DNA of 64,000 bases from Marsupella aquatica (lineage: Eukaryota > Plantae > Marchantiophyta), in contig OZ316892.1 in the NCBI GenBank assembly GCA_973895155.1, positions 8,670,048-8,734,047 of the forward strand. Direction: 5' to 3'. This document shows positions 49,616 through 63,055 of the stretch, in pieces (within the stretch, counting starts at the first letter, position 1; each line of letters begins with the position of its first letter). The position numbers and the translations under genes are program-made. A model generated the notes under the pieces. It searched no databases. It had not been told where the DNA came from and saw only the letters and a program-made list of their open reading frames with translations.

Positions 49616-50122
49616 ATGCACTCCGTTCTGTTTAGAGCGAATACGGTGCTCACGTTCGGGGTCACGGTGTTGGCTGGCCTCTGCTTGCTAGCTTCGTTTA
49701 CGGATACTCTGCATTCTGCGTCGCCGGAGGTTCATCTGGAGGTTCTCAACGTGGACGTGCTGCAGAGACTGAACAATGGCAACGATGAGGCGAAATTGAC
49801 TTTAGGGATTTCTGCAGATTTGCGGTCGGTCTTCACCTGGAACACCAAGCAGCTGTTTGTGTTCGTGGCTGCTGAGTACGCATCTGCCAAAAACCAGCTC
49901 AATCAGATCTCTCTGTGGGATCTGATCGTGGAAAAGAAGGAAGATGCGCTCATTTATCGTCGATTGAGAAACAAGTATGGATTTGTGGACCAAGGAAGCC
50001 ATTTACGCGGAACGGACTTCAATTTGACGATGTATTGGAATGTCATGCCATTAACGGGGCGCATGTACACAGAAAAGAGAGTAGTCACAGGATTTCGTCT
50101 TCCACAGGACTATAGTTGGTAA
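49616..50122 (+). CDS. SPCS3: Signal peptidase complex subunit 3 (SPC22/23)
   Basis: 168 aa from MHSVLFRAN. N-terminal TM segment and motifs ADLRSVFTWNTKQLFVFVAAEY, NQISLWD, NKYGFVDQG and WNVMP. Confidence 0.95.
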   Translation: MHSVLFRANTVLTFGVTVLAGLCLLASFTDTLHSASPEVHLEVLNVDVLQRLNNGNDEAKLTLGISADLRSVFTWNTKQLFVFVAAEYASAKNQLNQISLWDLIVEKKEDALIYRRLRNKYGFVDQGSHLRGTDFNLTMYWNVMPLTGRMYTEKRVVTGFRLPQDYSW

Positions 50123-52999
50123 TCCTTGCTTTCTTACTCCACAATTGGTCGGAAAGGATTTTGAATTAGAGTTGCTGACAGTAATTGACGTGAGTTTTCT
50201 CCTGAATGGAGAATTAATTTTTGCTCCTAGGATTACTCGTAGAGACAGTCGGAATGATACATTTAGTAGGCTCTCCACGTTTTGTATGGGCTGGAATAAA
50301 ATGCATCACAAATTCTCAACCTTCTTTACTACGATCAGCTGTCTGTTACGATCATTGCTATTTCATTTCGTTGGACTTGATCTGCCTCATTAGAGATTGA
50401 TGCCGCAAGTCTTCCTGTACAATTTATCCACCTATAATTTGTCCCCGAGCATATGGTCGACAACGTGTTTTACTTTCTTCTTGTACGATTTCTCTATTCT
50501 GATTTGTTCCCGAGCATTTGCTCGACAGTATTTTTGCTTTACAGTTTTTTTCCTGCCCTAAAATGCAGGGCTAGTTTTGCTTTCCAGTTGATTTCTGCCC
50601 TAAAACGCAGGGGAAACGTGCAACAATTTTTTATGCAAATCATTTTCCTTTCCAGAGGGTTTGGGGCGTGATAGTCCACTGGTACTGATGAAATTATATA
50701 TATAGAACGTCATAAATGAGAAGCTCTGGGGTAACAGCAAGGTCTGGCAGAACTGATCAATCACAGTACAATTGCTGTCATTCACCCACCATCTCAATAG
50801 AATTATGTCATTCGAGGGGTAAAGAGTCTGCAGCTGATATTTTGGCTATGGATAGGAAACTAGATGTTAATGCGGTGGCTATTTGAATCAGGTGACAAAA
50901 TCACTTCCAAGTCGACGTTGGCCATTGAAGAACAATCAACTAGGATGACTGCCAATTGCTCCATGACTTCAACAAACAATTGCTGCTGTTATCACATTGA
51001 AATCTACCCTGATCACAGCGGCCTCATCAAATACAGAAACCTGAGTCATTCTATCTTGACATTTCTGTACTAAACCTCAGTTACTAAAAACTTTAGAACC
51101 ATCAAGGTTTTGCCCTCAACCATCAAACATTGCAGATCTAGATCCAGCGTCCACCAAAGGAATCCCAGCGTGATGGTGGCAAGTTCTAGAGAGATTTTCC
51201 AGGTGGAAAGAGCACCAAAACTTCCAGTAGTGGTGTCGCTGCTTTATCAATCTCGACCAATTTTCCATGGATTCGGCTCCGAGTATGATCATTCGAGACC
51301 GCCAATTCCGGTCCTCCGCCTCTAAGACTCCTGAACCAATTAGAACCTGGCGTTTCATGAGAGGTATGACTGGTCTGATTGCTGAGAGATTGTATACCGC
51401 CTGTTGAAGAGTCAATATTATGCGACGTTCTTCGGGTGAAAATATCATGCGACGCTAAATTGGATGAGTTGTTGGACAGTCTACGCATTTCTTGCAAGAA
51501 TCCACATACATTAGCGCTTAGTGGCCCAGAGCTTGGTGGCTTCCCGGCCTACGGTTTAGTGGCTTCTGCCGCGTTAAGGTTGAGGCCGGCAAGAAGGATC
51601 TGCCTTCGTTTTTTCTTTTTTTCTTAGGTGTCAAAGGATGGCCGGCTACCACTACCAAGTTTCTCAGTCCCCTAAATTGTGTCTAGACATCTGAAATTTA
51701 AGAATGGCAAGAGTAGTGATACTGATAAGATCCAGACTATTATTGTCGTTACCAAATTCGATGCCCGAGTTCGCATACTGGAAATTCATTTTTGTGAAAC
51801 ACAAAATAGTAAATGTGGCCAACAACCCTAAATCTTTGACCAATGATCGAGTCCTTAAGAGTAGGAATGACTAAACTTCCGGCAAAATTCGAGAGGGTTC
51901 CACGGTAATCTGAGTTGCGAAGCCTCTCATTTCTTATTTTTTTGTGAACATTCCGGGTAATTCATTATGCAGAGGTCATGTGCTGCAGGGCAGACTAAGT
52001 TGCGAGCTTCTCAGTGATTGATTTTTCTGAACATTTGGGGCTAATCCGTTATGCAGAGGCCATCCGCTCCAGGGTAGTCTGAGTTTTGAAACCTCTCATT
52101 CATTGATTTTCGTGAATATTTTTGCCTCTTAGGGCTGGTATGAGTGGCGAAAGAATATGAAATTTGGTAGGAAATTTTAGAACATGAGTGAATTCTGGTC
52201 TGTATCACACAATAAGAATGTGCAAATTTTTTTGATGTTTTGGGTAAATTGCGGAAGTTGTTTCAAAATACCTCAAACTATATGTGTATCACATTCTCGA
52301 GAGTGTCACACAAAATATTTCATCAGATTTTAATTTTTTCCATGTACTGTATATTTACTGTCCTTCGGCTTTGTATTCCTCGCACAGAAATTTCAGAACC
52401 TTGGAGTTGAGGTTTCGTTGGCTCCAATGTGCTGTGCACTCAAGATCGAGTTCGGAGCTTCAATCGACAGTAGAAATTGGGTAAAACTTGAGGACATTCG
52501 GATATATGAACTGCAATTTCTTCCAAAACCTGATCTGAGAATTAAGGAGAGGGACCTGAAGCTAGAAACAGCCGACAAGACACGGGAATCTTTCTTTACA
52601 AACCATTGGGATTAGCCAAGAATTGTCATTGTCGGTGACCATACAAGGCTACAAACCATTAGAATTTGCAAACAACTGCTAATACAACATTGTCTGTCAC
52701 CATACGAGGCACTAGAAAACAAATACCCCATCGCTCCACTGAGAAAGGAGTCACCAGCTCTTCGAAATTGTGTCAAGACCGTGTTTTGACAATTTTGAAG
52801 AGCATTTGAACGTCTTCAAAACTCGAACAAGAGAGAGATTTTCTAAGGGAAACGCGGGTTTGATTGAGCCAATTAATATTTTACTTGCAGAGCGCAATCA
52901 ACTCGTAGGTTAATCGCAATTAATCTCTCACTCGGTTCACAGGTTTGGCCATCTGCTAGCGTTTTGGCAGAACGCACTCAACAGTTCCTGGACCAGTTC

Positions 53000-53152
53000 T
53001 TACTCCCCAATTCTTACATATTCTGTGCTGTTTCTGAGCACAGTTAAATTCCGCCTTCCTTTTGAACTACATCCATTACTCCCCAATTCTTACATATTCT
53101 GTACTGTTTCTGAGCACAGTTAAATTCCGCCTTCCTTTTGAACTACATCCAT
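53000..53152. repeat. 76-bp tandem duplication
   Basis: TTACTCCCCAATTCTTACATATTCTGT..GAACTACATCCA twice, with one visible mismatch. Confidence 0.9.
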
Positions 53153-54128
53153 TTTGACAAAAATGTTAAGAACGGCTGCGTTGAGGCTCCGTTAGCTCTT
53201 AAGATCAATTTCTGTTGAGAGTTCATCAGTAAAGTGGCCAAAAACTCTTTAATATCAAGTTCTGTTGAGGGTTCATGAGTTAAGTGGCCAAAAAAATACA
53301 AAGTTTCAATGCTTGTACAACTGAAAATCAAACATTGGAAAATGAGAGGTTGAAAGAGGAATTGATGTCCAGAAGCAAAGAGTTGGAAAACCATGGCTTG
53401 GAAAATCAGAGGTTGAAAAACAATAATTGCAGTGAGAAAAAGAATTGTAAAATCAGCAAATCAGCACTAGCAGGACAACTTGATGCAAGGAATCGGCCTG
53501 AACACACCACCAAGCCTACCATTGGAACAAGAGAAAGTAGAGACTTCACCTGAAACTCCACTACTTTCCACCACAATACCTTCTCCCAGTCTGGATATGC
53601 AGTCTCTTCCGAGATGTGGTGAAGGGCCAAATGAAACTGTAATGTGTCCGAAGGCTGTATTAAAATCCTAGGATGTTTGATAAATCTACTCTTATTATTT
53701 TCCTTGGAACAGTACCAAGCATCACAAGTAGATGAAACCCTAGTGGAAAGGGGGGTGTTTCCTTCTGTTTTATTGTAGCCAATCAGGCTCACGTCTTAAT
53801 TTATTTCCACACAATATAGAAGAGAGAGTTTAGGGTAGAAAGCTGGAGACTTTACAGATAGCGGTGCAAGTTTTCTGAAAACTTAGGCAAATAATTAAAT
53901 ACGTGAACTCTCCAAACACACGAGTGGTGCAACTTTCCTGTCCCGACAATCAGATAGCGGCTTTGTAAAAGGAACAAACCGATGGAAACTCTGCAATTCT
54001 TCAATGGTCTCTTCGAGAGATTATTACAATTCCCGTCCTAATAAATCTACAAAACTGTTCAGTATAACAGTCCAATTTAGGGAGCTGCTTCTTCAACCAA
54101 GAATGGAAAGTAAAGCAATCTAGACTAA

Positions 54129-56101
54129 CTATGAGCCATTCTGAGGCTTTGGTTCCTGCTCCGCATCCTCCTCGCTGTCACCTTCAACTTCGTCTTCCTG
54201 ATAGACCTCAAAATCCGCTTCGCTCCAGCGACAAATTAAGTGCAGGCGAAATACGGCCATTCGTATTGCCAGTAACCTCTGCAACGTGCAGAAATATTAC
54301 AGATCAGGTTCCAGACAAGGACAGACTATCGAAGAGATTGCTGCAATCTTCTCACAACACAAGAAACGCCTTCTCTCCTGTAACGGTGCTTGTTGTTTGG
54401 TGACAGAAATATCAGTTCTTATACAGACGACAGGAAAAAACCGCAAGCTTGAAGAGATTTCAAAACCAACGTTAAAAGAAGGTATGCTATATCAACTGAG
54501 AAGAAAGACAAAGCTCCACAGATGCATGAAAAAGGCGTCGAAACTCACCAGAATTTTAGATGCTTCGGGTGAAATTTGGTCCCCTTCGGTACAAACAGTG
54601 TAATCGGCAACTAGCTCAACAACCCCTGCAACGAAATGTATGTGAGTAAAATACATAATGAACCAGAGAATGTCTAATGTCTGCCACTGGTTGGCATGTA
54701 TGAGGATGATGTCTTCACAAACGAGTCGTACAACTTGCTACGGTACATTATTCTTATTAGGGTTTATCCCAGCTTCACAATAACATTCCAGAGGATTGCT
54801 AGCCCAAACCTCTATTGAGTCGAACAGGCATTCCTTGCTTTCGCAAAAATGGCTCCATATCATGTGTGAATTGCTCTAATGGCCCTTCCTTTAACTCAAC
54901 CTGTGAAACAATCTTTAGCATTAGATAGCGAACGGGCTGCATTTCTCTCGATAAACAGTATCCGTAGAGGTACTCAAACCCCTAATCCACTTATTTCTCA
55001 TAAACTCAAAACAGTTCTAAACATAACAATGATTCCAAAGTAAGAAACAACACAAAAGAAGTGACAAAAGATCAACGTACTGTTTCTGTGGCAACGCTTC
55101 CTACGCGTGCGAAATCAAGCTCCTCAAAGCCTTCGAATATCCTGAAGTAATACGGATCCATTTGGTTTAGACATCTCAGTCTTGTGAAATATCACAACGC
55201 CATCACAACTAAGATAGAAATAAAGTTCCAAGGGGATGGGCAGGAAGTCCGCTTAATCGAGACCTCGACTTACTTTAAAACTTCTTCCTTGGTTAGATTT
55301 GTTAACAGCAATCCACGATCGCCGTGCACAAACTGCGGTAGAATACACAATTCCATTAGGGATGCAAACTCCAGAAGGCGGGGTTAACTAACAAACAGAA
55401 TAACGAGTAATCCAGCTGGTCGGGCACCAGACAACTACCTTGCTGGCCTTGTGAAGGTCTTCCTTAAGCTCGTCTGCAGCGGTTCGTCCAAGTGCAATCT
55501 GCAGCACCTTAATAGAGCCCATGAAGAATCTGCAACAAATATCAGTAAACTGTCAGAATACCAACACACACTCAACAAGGCACATCATCTGAAATCCCGT
55601 GAAACCACCTAAACTACATCATCTGATCAAAACCTCCCAGAATAGACCCCCACGAAAGCTCACTTTTTGCAAAGACACACGTCCTTCAAGACCAAAACGT
55701 AAACTGAAACACGTCAAAATGGCGTTCAAGGACAATTCACCTGCTGCTGGACTTCAATCGATCTCTCAGTTCTTTGAACAAGGAATTCCGCATGTTCTCG
55801 AACTCAAATACATACAATGAAGAGTACTCCTCGACAGCTTTCCGCAAGGAAGCCACCAAGGATTCTTTGTGCTCCCTGCCTTTCTTTTGCGTCTTGGACA
55901 GAGTCACTGCAAGACGAAAAGTAAAAACACATCATGATCCACTAACACAGCGGTTACCTGGAGCCGAGAACGGAAGTAGAGACGTCGACATTCCGCAAAT
56001 CTTTATAATGTCAGATGTTCATCCTTCACATGCGAAAGGCAGCACTGCCGGTTCAGAGGGAGCGAACACCTACCAAGTTTATTCCGCTTGGACTTCGGCA
56101 T
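54129..56101 (-). CDS. MRT4: Ribosome assembly factor Mrt4 (uL10/P0 paralogue), 8 exons, 240 aa
   Basis: Exons 56101-56074, 55906-55741, 55529-55439, 55332-55274, 55141-55081, 54900-54810, 54625-54549 and 54278-54129 are in frame with GT-AG introns. Translation: MPKSKRNKLVTLSKT..NMRN..FFMGSIKVLQIALG..DFARVG..FTHDMEPFLRKQGMP..ASKILRLLAIRMAVF, then an acidic tail. Confidence 0.95.
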
Positions 56102-57096
56102 GGTTGATATGCGGTACCAGAAGAACAGAAGGAGAGGGTACCGATGTGCTCGCGACGCTCAATAAAATTCGTGCTGCACGAGCTCGTGTGGCAGAGAGGG
56201 TCGACGAAGGGCCCGTAGGAGAGGAGAGGAGAGGAGAGGAGAAAAGCGGCGCACAAAGCCGACTCACTCTACTACTCGACCTGCGGATGATACCGTCGTG
56301 CTCATGTCCGTGTGACCGAAAAAGATCGAATAGCAACGAGAGGGAGGGTTCGCACAACTGCAGTACCCTCCCTCTGCAGTACCCTAAACAATATACATAT
56401 AAAAACAATAATGGCACTCGGGAGCAATCCCACAGTGTACAACGCGGGGAGATTATTTTTTGAGGGTACTGAAAACTGAGTGGGGTGAAAATTGAGCGCA
56501 ATGTAGGCTACTGTGTTTTTTGCAAAATCAAGACAAACGAGTGTGGTGAAAAATGAGCACAATGTATGCTAGTGTGTTTCCTGCAAAATCAAGAACTCCA
56601 CCGTTCCAGGCATTACCGGTCGGGCCTCACATTTGGTGCCCGACTAGTCATGACCGTTGTCATGAACCACAGCAGTCATGGGCATAGTCAAAGCAGAAAT
56701 ATGGGTGTATTTGAGATGCCCTGGTACACCTCCCTCGTCTCATTATCACCCGTCATTGGAGGAACCAAACATCTGTGCTCAAGGAAAAGACTTGATTATT
56801 GGCCCCCCAAGGGAAAAAAATTGACTAGGCCCCTACTTTTGAAAGGTGCTTTTTTTGCCTTGAAAGCCAAAACGAGACCCATGCAAGAGAAAATAGACGT
56901 CTTGCTCCTGAGCATGCAATTTTATTTAGGGTAGCCACAAGGGGACAATACCAAGGGAGGGTTCGGAGTATTCAATTTTATGTAGGGTAGCCAGAAGGGG
57001 ACAATACCAAGGAAGGGATCTGACAAGGACCTAGACCAGGAGGGAGAGGGTTAAACCAAGGCCCCGGCCAAAGCGGGTCAACCAAGGGCTGAGACT

Positions 57097-57290
57097 TGAT
57101 GGCCCCAGCCCTCCAGCCCATGCACTTCCCCTCCAACCCCAGCTTCTCTAGGCCCCTCGTTTTGAATGGGATTTGATGGCCCCAATCTCTCCAGCCCATG
57201 CATATCCCTTCAACCCCAGCCCCTCTAGGCCCATTCTTTTGAAGGGATTTGATGACCCCAATCCCTCAAGCCATGCACTTCCCTCGAGAC
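57097..57290. repeat. ~77-bp tandem repeat, about 2.5 copies
   Basis: TTGATGGCCCCA..CTCCAGCCCATGCA..CAACCCCAGC..CTCTAGGCCC..TTTTGAA units. Confidence 0.8.
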
Positions 57291-58865
57291 CGCAGCCCAT
57301 CCAGCCCTAGAGAGCTCCATTGTCAACCAGCCTGGTACCATGCAGCCCTAGTCTCCCTACCAAGCTATTCTTTAGGTTTTCCTTTTTTCAAAAGTAGCAA
57401 ATGTCATCTTGTGTGAAGTAGATTCTAAGAATGTTTTCCACTACCCAACCCATAGCATTTTGGGGGCAAAAAATCATTGGGAAGGCTACTTTGAGACTCC
57501 CTAGTGCAAAATTTTGACTCATTCCACCCCACTTGGAAGTATTAGCCAATGTCTTTTTTTTCTACTCTCCCACCTAGCCACACACCCCATTTGCTAAAAC
57601 TTAACAATTCCTTAAATCTCTGAAGATCTAATGTTTTGAAATTAATCCAAGAAAATGATGTAAGGAATCTTTTTAGAATCCTCTACTTCACACTAGGTGA
57701 CATTGGCCAATTAATCTACTACGACAATAAACAAGAATCTCCTATTTCACACTAGGTGACCCTTGCTAGCTTGGGAAAAAAAGAAAAACCTACAAAATAC
57801 GGGTTGGTAGGGACACTGGGGCTCCATGGTTTTGGAGCACTCCAGGGGCTAGGGTTGCAAGGGATGTGCATAGGCTGCATGGATTAGGGCCAGCAAGTCC
57901 CTTTCAAAAGAGGGGGCCTAGCAAACCTAAACCATGTTTCAGACATGCTCGATATCATTATTAAATTATTTTCAAAAAACCAAGAGTTACTGTGTTGAAG
58001 AAATTGGTGCAGTGTGTAAAAGAATCCTACTGTCTCCGAGGACTGATTGGTATCACTACATTTTTCAAGTGGCACTCCAACAACATGTTTGTAATTCACC
58101 AGTCTTTGGGGCCAAATGGACTACTTAGAGAATGACACCTAGGTGAACTCGCTCCTAGGAAAAACAAAAGTGTTTTGATTTTAGGTTGTATGCTGTGGAA
58201 TTGAATTCATGAGTCATGTAGTCCTCCCAAACAGATGGCAAGCTTTGGATCTGAAGATATGGGCGTACACAATTAGATTTATCTGATCTCTTACCAACTG
58301 CAATACATTCATTCGTCCCTGAGTACATTTGGGATGCAAAGATTGATTTGGGATGCAAAGATTGGTATCCAACGTCAAAAGAACTTCAATGAGGATCTTT
58401 CAAGGAATACTCGTCATTTTCCCTTAATTTCTGACTTAGAATGTCAACCGTTCTAGAGAGCCCTCCTTGTTCTTCTTTTTGTAACGTGCTCACTCTATAA
58501 CATGTCCATCAAATTGGTGATGTTTGCAGGGCGAAGGACAAATTTTTCCACAGGTTTCAGTGTCCCAGATATTTCGCCTCATATTTTCTCTTGGACAGCT
58601 GACTAAGGTGTGTGAACCTTTGCTTGTCCCTCTTGTCTTGAAGAGTAATGCAGTAGAAAGCTCAATTTGCAATTTTCTGCGGATAGTGAAAAGAACGTGA
58701 TAACCATGGTTAATTATGCATATAACGTTGTCTATCTTGCACATGCAGGTAGTATCGGCACTCTGGTAGGTTAGAATTCCTTCACACAAAAAATCTATTT
58801 GTTTTCATCAGTATCTCCTTTGCGCTGTCTTCAGGTCGAAGTCCGTGAGGTTGCAGCAGCAATGG

Positions 58866-59094
58866 GTCTCCTCAGAAATTCATGTCTAATTTAGTTGAAA
58901 GAAGTTCCGGGATGGTCTACCATGGCGAAGGTACTGTCTCAAACCATAGAGCGCTCGAAGCAAGGGTTCAATTTGCAGAGTCTCCTCAAAAATTCATGAC
59001 TAATTCAGTTAAGGGAAGTTCCGGGACGATCTACCATGGCAAATGCTTTGTCTCAAATCATAGAGCGGTTCGAAGCAAGCTTTCACTTTGCAGA
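58866..59094. repeat. 114-bp diverged tandem duplication downstream of TyrRS
   Basis: GTCTCCTCA.AAATTCATG..GAAGTTCCGGGA..CTACCATGGC..CATAGAGCG.TCGAAGCAAG..TTTGCAGA twice. Confidence 0.85.
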
Positions 59095-59365
59095 ACAATC
59101 AGTCTTCTCCTACATTAGTCTCGCGTGGCAGAAGCAATCAGATTACGATGACTCTTCCAGAATTTCATTTGTCCATCGAGTCCCTATTTCTGAAGTTCTG
59201 CAGTTGTCGACCTCTCTCCTGACAAAATTTGGCAGCGGCAGCAACAGCAGCACACCTCTCTCGTTTCCAGTATAGGCCATTGATAACGAGTTGTCTAATA
59301 AAACGGTTTGAGCATTTTAGCTCTGACGTTGCGACTCTCTCTCTCTACGTGCCAGTCTATCTTTA

Positions 59366-62300
59366 TCACCTCGACACCTTGTAACCCTGCCACATGCACA
59401 TCATGATCCAGAATGAAAGGAGCTAATTAGGTCAAATTTTAACGGGCTTTTCTGCTGCGAGTGCACTAAATACCCTTAGTGTTGTCAACTGGTACCATAA
59501 AACTGGACATTTCAAAATCCACCACTGACAACAGATGCTCACATTAAATAAACACAGGCACAACCACAAAGATGCATTTACCTTCACAATCTTTAGTAGA
59601 GCCTTGGCTCCGGCATTGGTTTTGAAGTGGTCCCTAACAGGCTGTGGACAAAAATCCCAAAATTTTCAATAAAACATGTGAAGAACAGAGATCAAACGTA
59701 CTTTGCAATATTGAGCAGGTCTCCTGGCTGAAGCAACAGTAATCAACTAAATGTTTCGAAAGCATGCACCTGCAAGATCTTGTTCAATGCCTTGATCAAT
59801 GCAGGCTTCAAATCACCAGGATGTAATGCACCACTCAGATAGTCTTCATGTAGTTTCTCAGCTGTCTCGTAAACCCTGGGAACCCAAGACATATTAGCGT
59901 AGGCACTGCAAGACCTTCAGAGTAAAGTAGAGATTCGAATAATTCAAGCCAAATTCTGCTTTGCAACAAGCCTCTTGAAACAACCGAGAAGTACATCCGT
60001 TCCCTTGACACTAATGGGGTCATGACATGGTTCCCAACGAGGAGTCGCCTCTTTCTGGTCTTTCACTACCATTTCAAACATAGCAGGAGATGCAACTCTA
60101 ACTACAGCAGGATCATGGACCAACATTCTTGAAGACTTACGTGGTTCCACCATTTTGCTCAGCACGCTCCACCACAAATTCACCAAAATATGGGAGGACA
60201 ATGTATGTTGTGTATTCAATAATAGGGTTCCCTGCAACTACTTGAGGAGGACAGAAACCCTTGATGATCTTCGCTTTTACCTCGAACTGGGGAAACAGAC
60301 ACCGTCCAAACACCAAAATGGCAACTGGTCAACGTTAGGCTCTCCGTTATAGCTACTCATTTTGATTTTAAATAGCACGCAGTTGAGAAAACAGCGACGG
60401 CCACACATGGTGGTCAGACAGTACACCGAACACTTAAGATACTCAGACGAGCATGCTCATACCCAGAATTACCAAGATCAACAGCGAAAAAGAGTTTACC
60501 TCTTCATCTTCCATAAATATGGCGGAATCGGAGACACTCTTCGACATCTTTTCTTGACCTTGCAGTAGGCCAGGCAACATGTCTACCATGCTGGTCAAAG
60601 AATAATCATCTCTGGATCCAATTGCATTAGAAAGTACAGCAAAAAAGTCCCTCTCCTTGACAGAAACTAGGTACATATAAACAGGAGTCTAATGACAGCA
60701 AATAGCAGTTCCAAGAACTGCATACATTATCATATGAGTGTAATGACGGCAGGTAGCATTTGGCATACTTGTACAACTGTGGAAATTAAAAAAAACCAAA
60801 AATTAAAAACAGCTTCCATAGAGGATACGGTGGGAAAGAATGATTGGCTTCAACTTCCGTTTGGTTTGATCACAATACTCCCGCGCCAGGACATTCACTT
60901 TCCGTTGGTCCATGCCCAGTTGACAGATATCAGCCTACAAATCAATCTCAACGCCTCTTAATGAGAGATACACGAACATCTTCACCGAGTTACAAAAATA
61001 CGTTTGGTGTGTACACTTCATAGCAACAAACAATCTCCAAGGGTACAATCTGGTATAAACCTTTAAGAAAAAAATGTCTGCACATTGCATGCATGGGTAA
61101 AATATCTGGGCAGCAGTCAGCTCGTCCTCGTCGTTGCGTCCCATAATTTGTGAGCACCTGCGGACATAATCATGCCAAAGTTAGGACTAGAATACAGTTC
61201 CAAGTATGCATTGTTGTCCAGGCAAGTAAAGTATACGAATAGGGATCATTTCAGAACCATGACGAATAAAAAGAAAAGGCAATTTAGCACACCTCTTGAT
61301 CCGAGGAAGATTATTGCGTCGGGCGATGTCCATTACAAGAGGCCAATACTCTGCCGCGTTCTTGTTGATTTCTTCGGACGTCCAGACAAACTGAACCCTG
61401 TTCATGTCCATGCCAACTGCCTTCCAAATCTCGATCATATACTTCCCCACATTTTGAATTTTTTTCAAATCCCCGCCCATCTTGTTGTTGAGCTGGGCGA
61501 ACCAGTCTGCAACCCAAAATTTGAATATACATCCTGCTTTCGTCATCTTGTTGACATTGATCACTTTCATGACCCCCTGTCGTTCCAACGTGATTGGACT
61601 TTCAGACCAGAATTAAGATGGGGTACAGGTCGAGAAGCAATAGCACACCAAACCCCAAACTATGGGAAAGGAGATTTGTTACAGAATCTAGGCAGCAAAT
61701 ACCTGAGCTATATGCATCCTTCCAGAAGGCTCAAACCCATCATAAGCTATTGGGTCCTTTTTCTTTTGAAGTAGGTTTCGAAGCTCATCTTCTTGTATGC
61801 ACTCCTCTCCCACGCTTCGCACTAGTGCATACTTCTCATCCAAAGTCAGGCTGCAAACAGTCGCACATCGGTCCAGTGATGGGAAATATTATACATACTG
61901 AAAAAATCGAATCCCGGAAGGACATAGAGTAAAACCGAGTATGATAGGAAAGGCCAAAAATTGTACCCTCTCAACAGGCTTTCCACATGGCGATGAATTC
62001 GATTCACGGTTTCTTACAATCAAATTTGGGAATAGTCAATCCGCAATCTGGGTGTTCAAAAGTTTTCATTTCTTTTAAGTAGAACCTTGAAATAAACTTC
62101 CGAAGGTCATCTAATGACTAATGAATTTGAGATTTCGGATCACCGTTCATCTTTGACAATATTTGGCCGCTTAATCCATGTTACAGAGAAGTCAGTCTTT
62201 CGAGCCTTGCAAACTGAATGGTGAGCGAGACAGAGAGGGCAGTACAGGTGAGTGAGAAGGCAATCAAGACCGACAATATTCATAGCAAATGCCAACGAGT

Positions 62301-62421
62301 GAGACCTGGAGAAGGCATCCTCGATGCTCGGAGTAGCTTCTTCCGGCGGAGGAGGCGTGGATGCAACGTCCGGACCATCCTCTGTTTCCACCGAAGTCGA
62401 AACCTCTCCCCCTCCCGCCAT
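59366..62421 (-). CDS. TyrRS: Cytosolic tyrosyl-tRNA synthetase, 10 exons, 388 aa
   Basis: Exons 62421-62306, 61850-61703, 61576-61293, 61157-61061, 60934-60829, 60582-60500, 60286-60141, 59875-59770, 59641-59582 and 59386-59366. Motifs YDGFEPSGRMHIAQG (HIGH-like), YPCMQCAD, QLGMDQRK, KMSKS and LHPGDLK. Confidence 0.96.
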
Positions 62422-63055
62422 GGGAAGATTCCCGAGCTAATAGAGACTTTTCTCTCACTATCAAAATTGCTGTCCGCCCTTCCGAAGAGCTTCGAGTTTA
62501 GAGCTTCGACCTAGTAGCGAACGACTTGGACGAGAAAAAGCATTAAGTAATGGAGCTAGATTGCCGCGAGAGCTTCAATGCTTCAAGCTCCTGTGACTGC
62601 GAACGAATTGACAACTAATCTGACGAGCGCTCCCAAAGAGTGAGAGAGAGAGAGAGACCACAATGAGAGACTCGAAGCTCCCGAACCAATACTAGAACGA
62701 CAGTACCCTAGTGTCCTCTCGGTTCGCGTATGACTGTTATTTTTCATTATAATTAGAATTTGAGATTTGCTAGGGAAATGATGCTTGCATGGACCACAAC
62801 GTTGGTCGTTCAAAACCCCCATGTACCACATTTCCCAAAATTTGGTCTCCCAAAATTTGAGTTGAACTGTAATAACTTGATGTTAGTAATTTCAAATTTT
62901 TTTAGTTTTAAGGATGGGTTACAGGAGTAGGTGAACTAGATTTTCATCAAAGTGATAGTGAAATCTTGGCCATTTTGGTTGAGTTATTAAGCATGGAATG
63001 GAATGTGGAGGGGTAAATTCTAGTAGATCAGTTTTCACTATGTCAATATGAAGTA

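Noticed and set aside
51110-51630. Overlapping 70-110 aa ORFs as a gene
   Set aside because: No recognisable domain or consistent exon structure.
55774-56463. 229-aa + strand ORF, and the 200-aa ORF at 61172-61774
   Set aside because: They overlap MRT4 and TyrRS exons and introns in antisense and have no recognisable motifs.
61750-61772. Apparent frameshift in TyrRS exon 2 at an A-run
   Set aside because: Recounting gives CTT CAA AAG AAA AAG GAC CCA, which is in frame.
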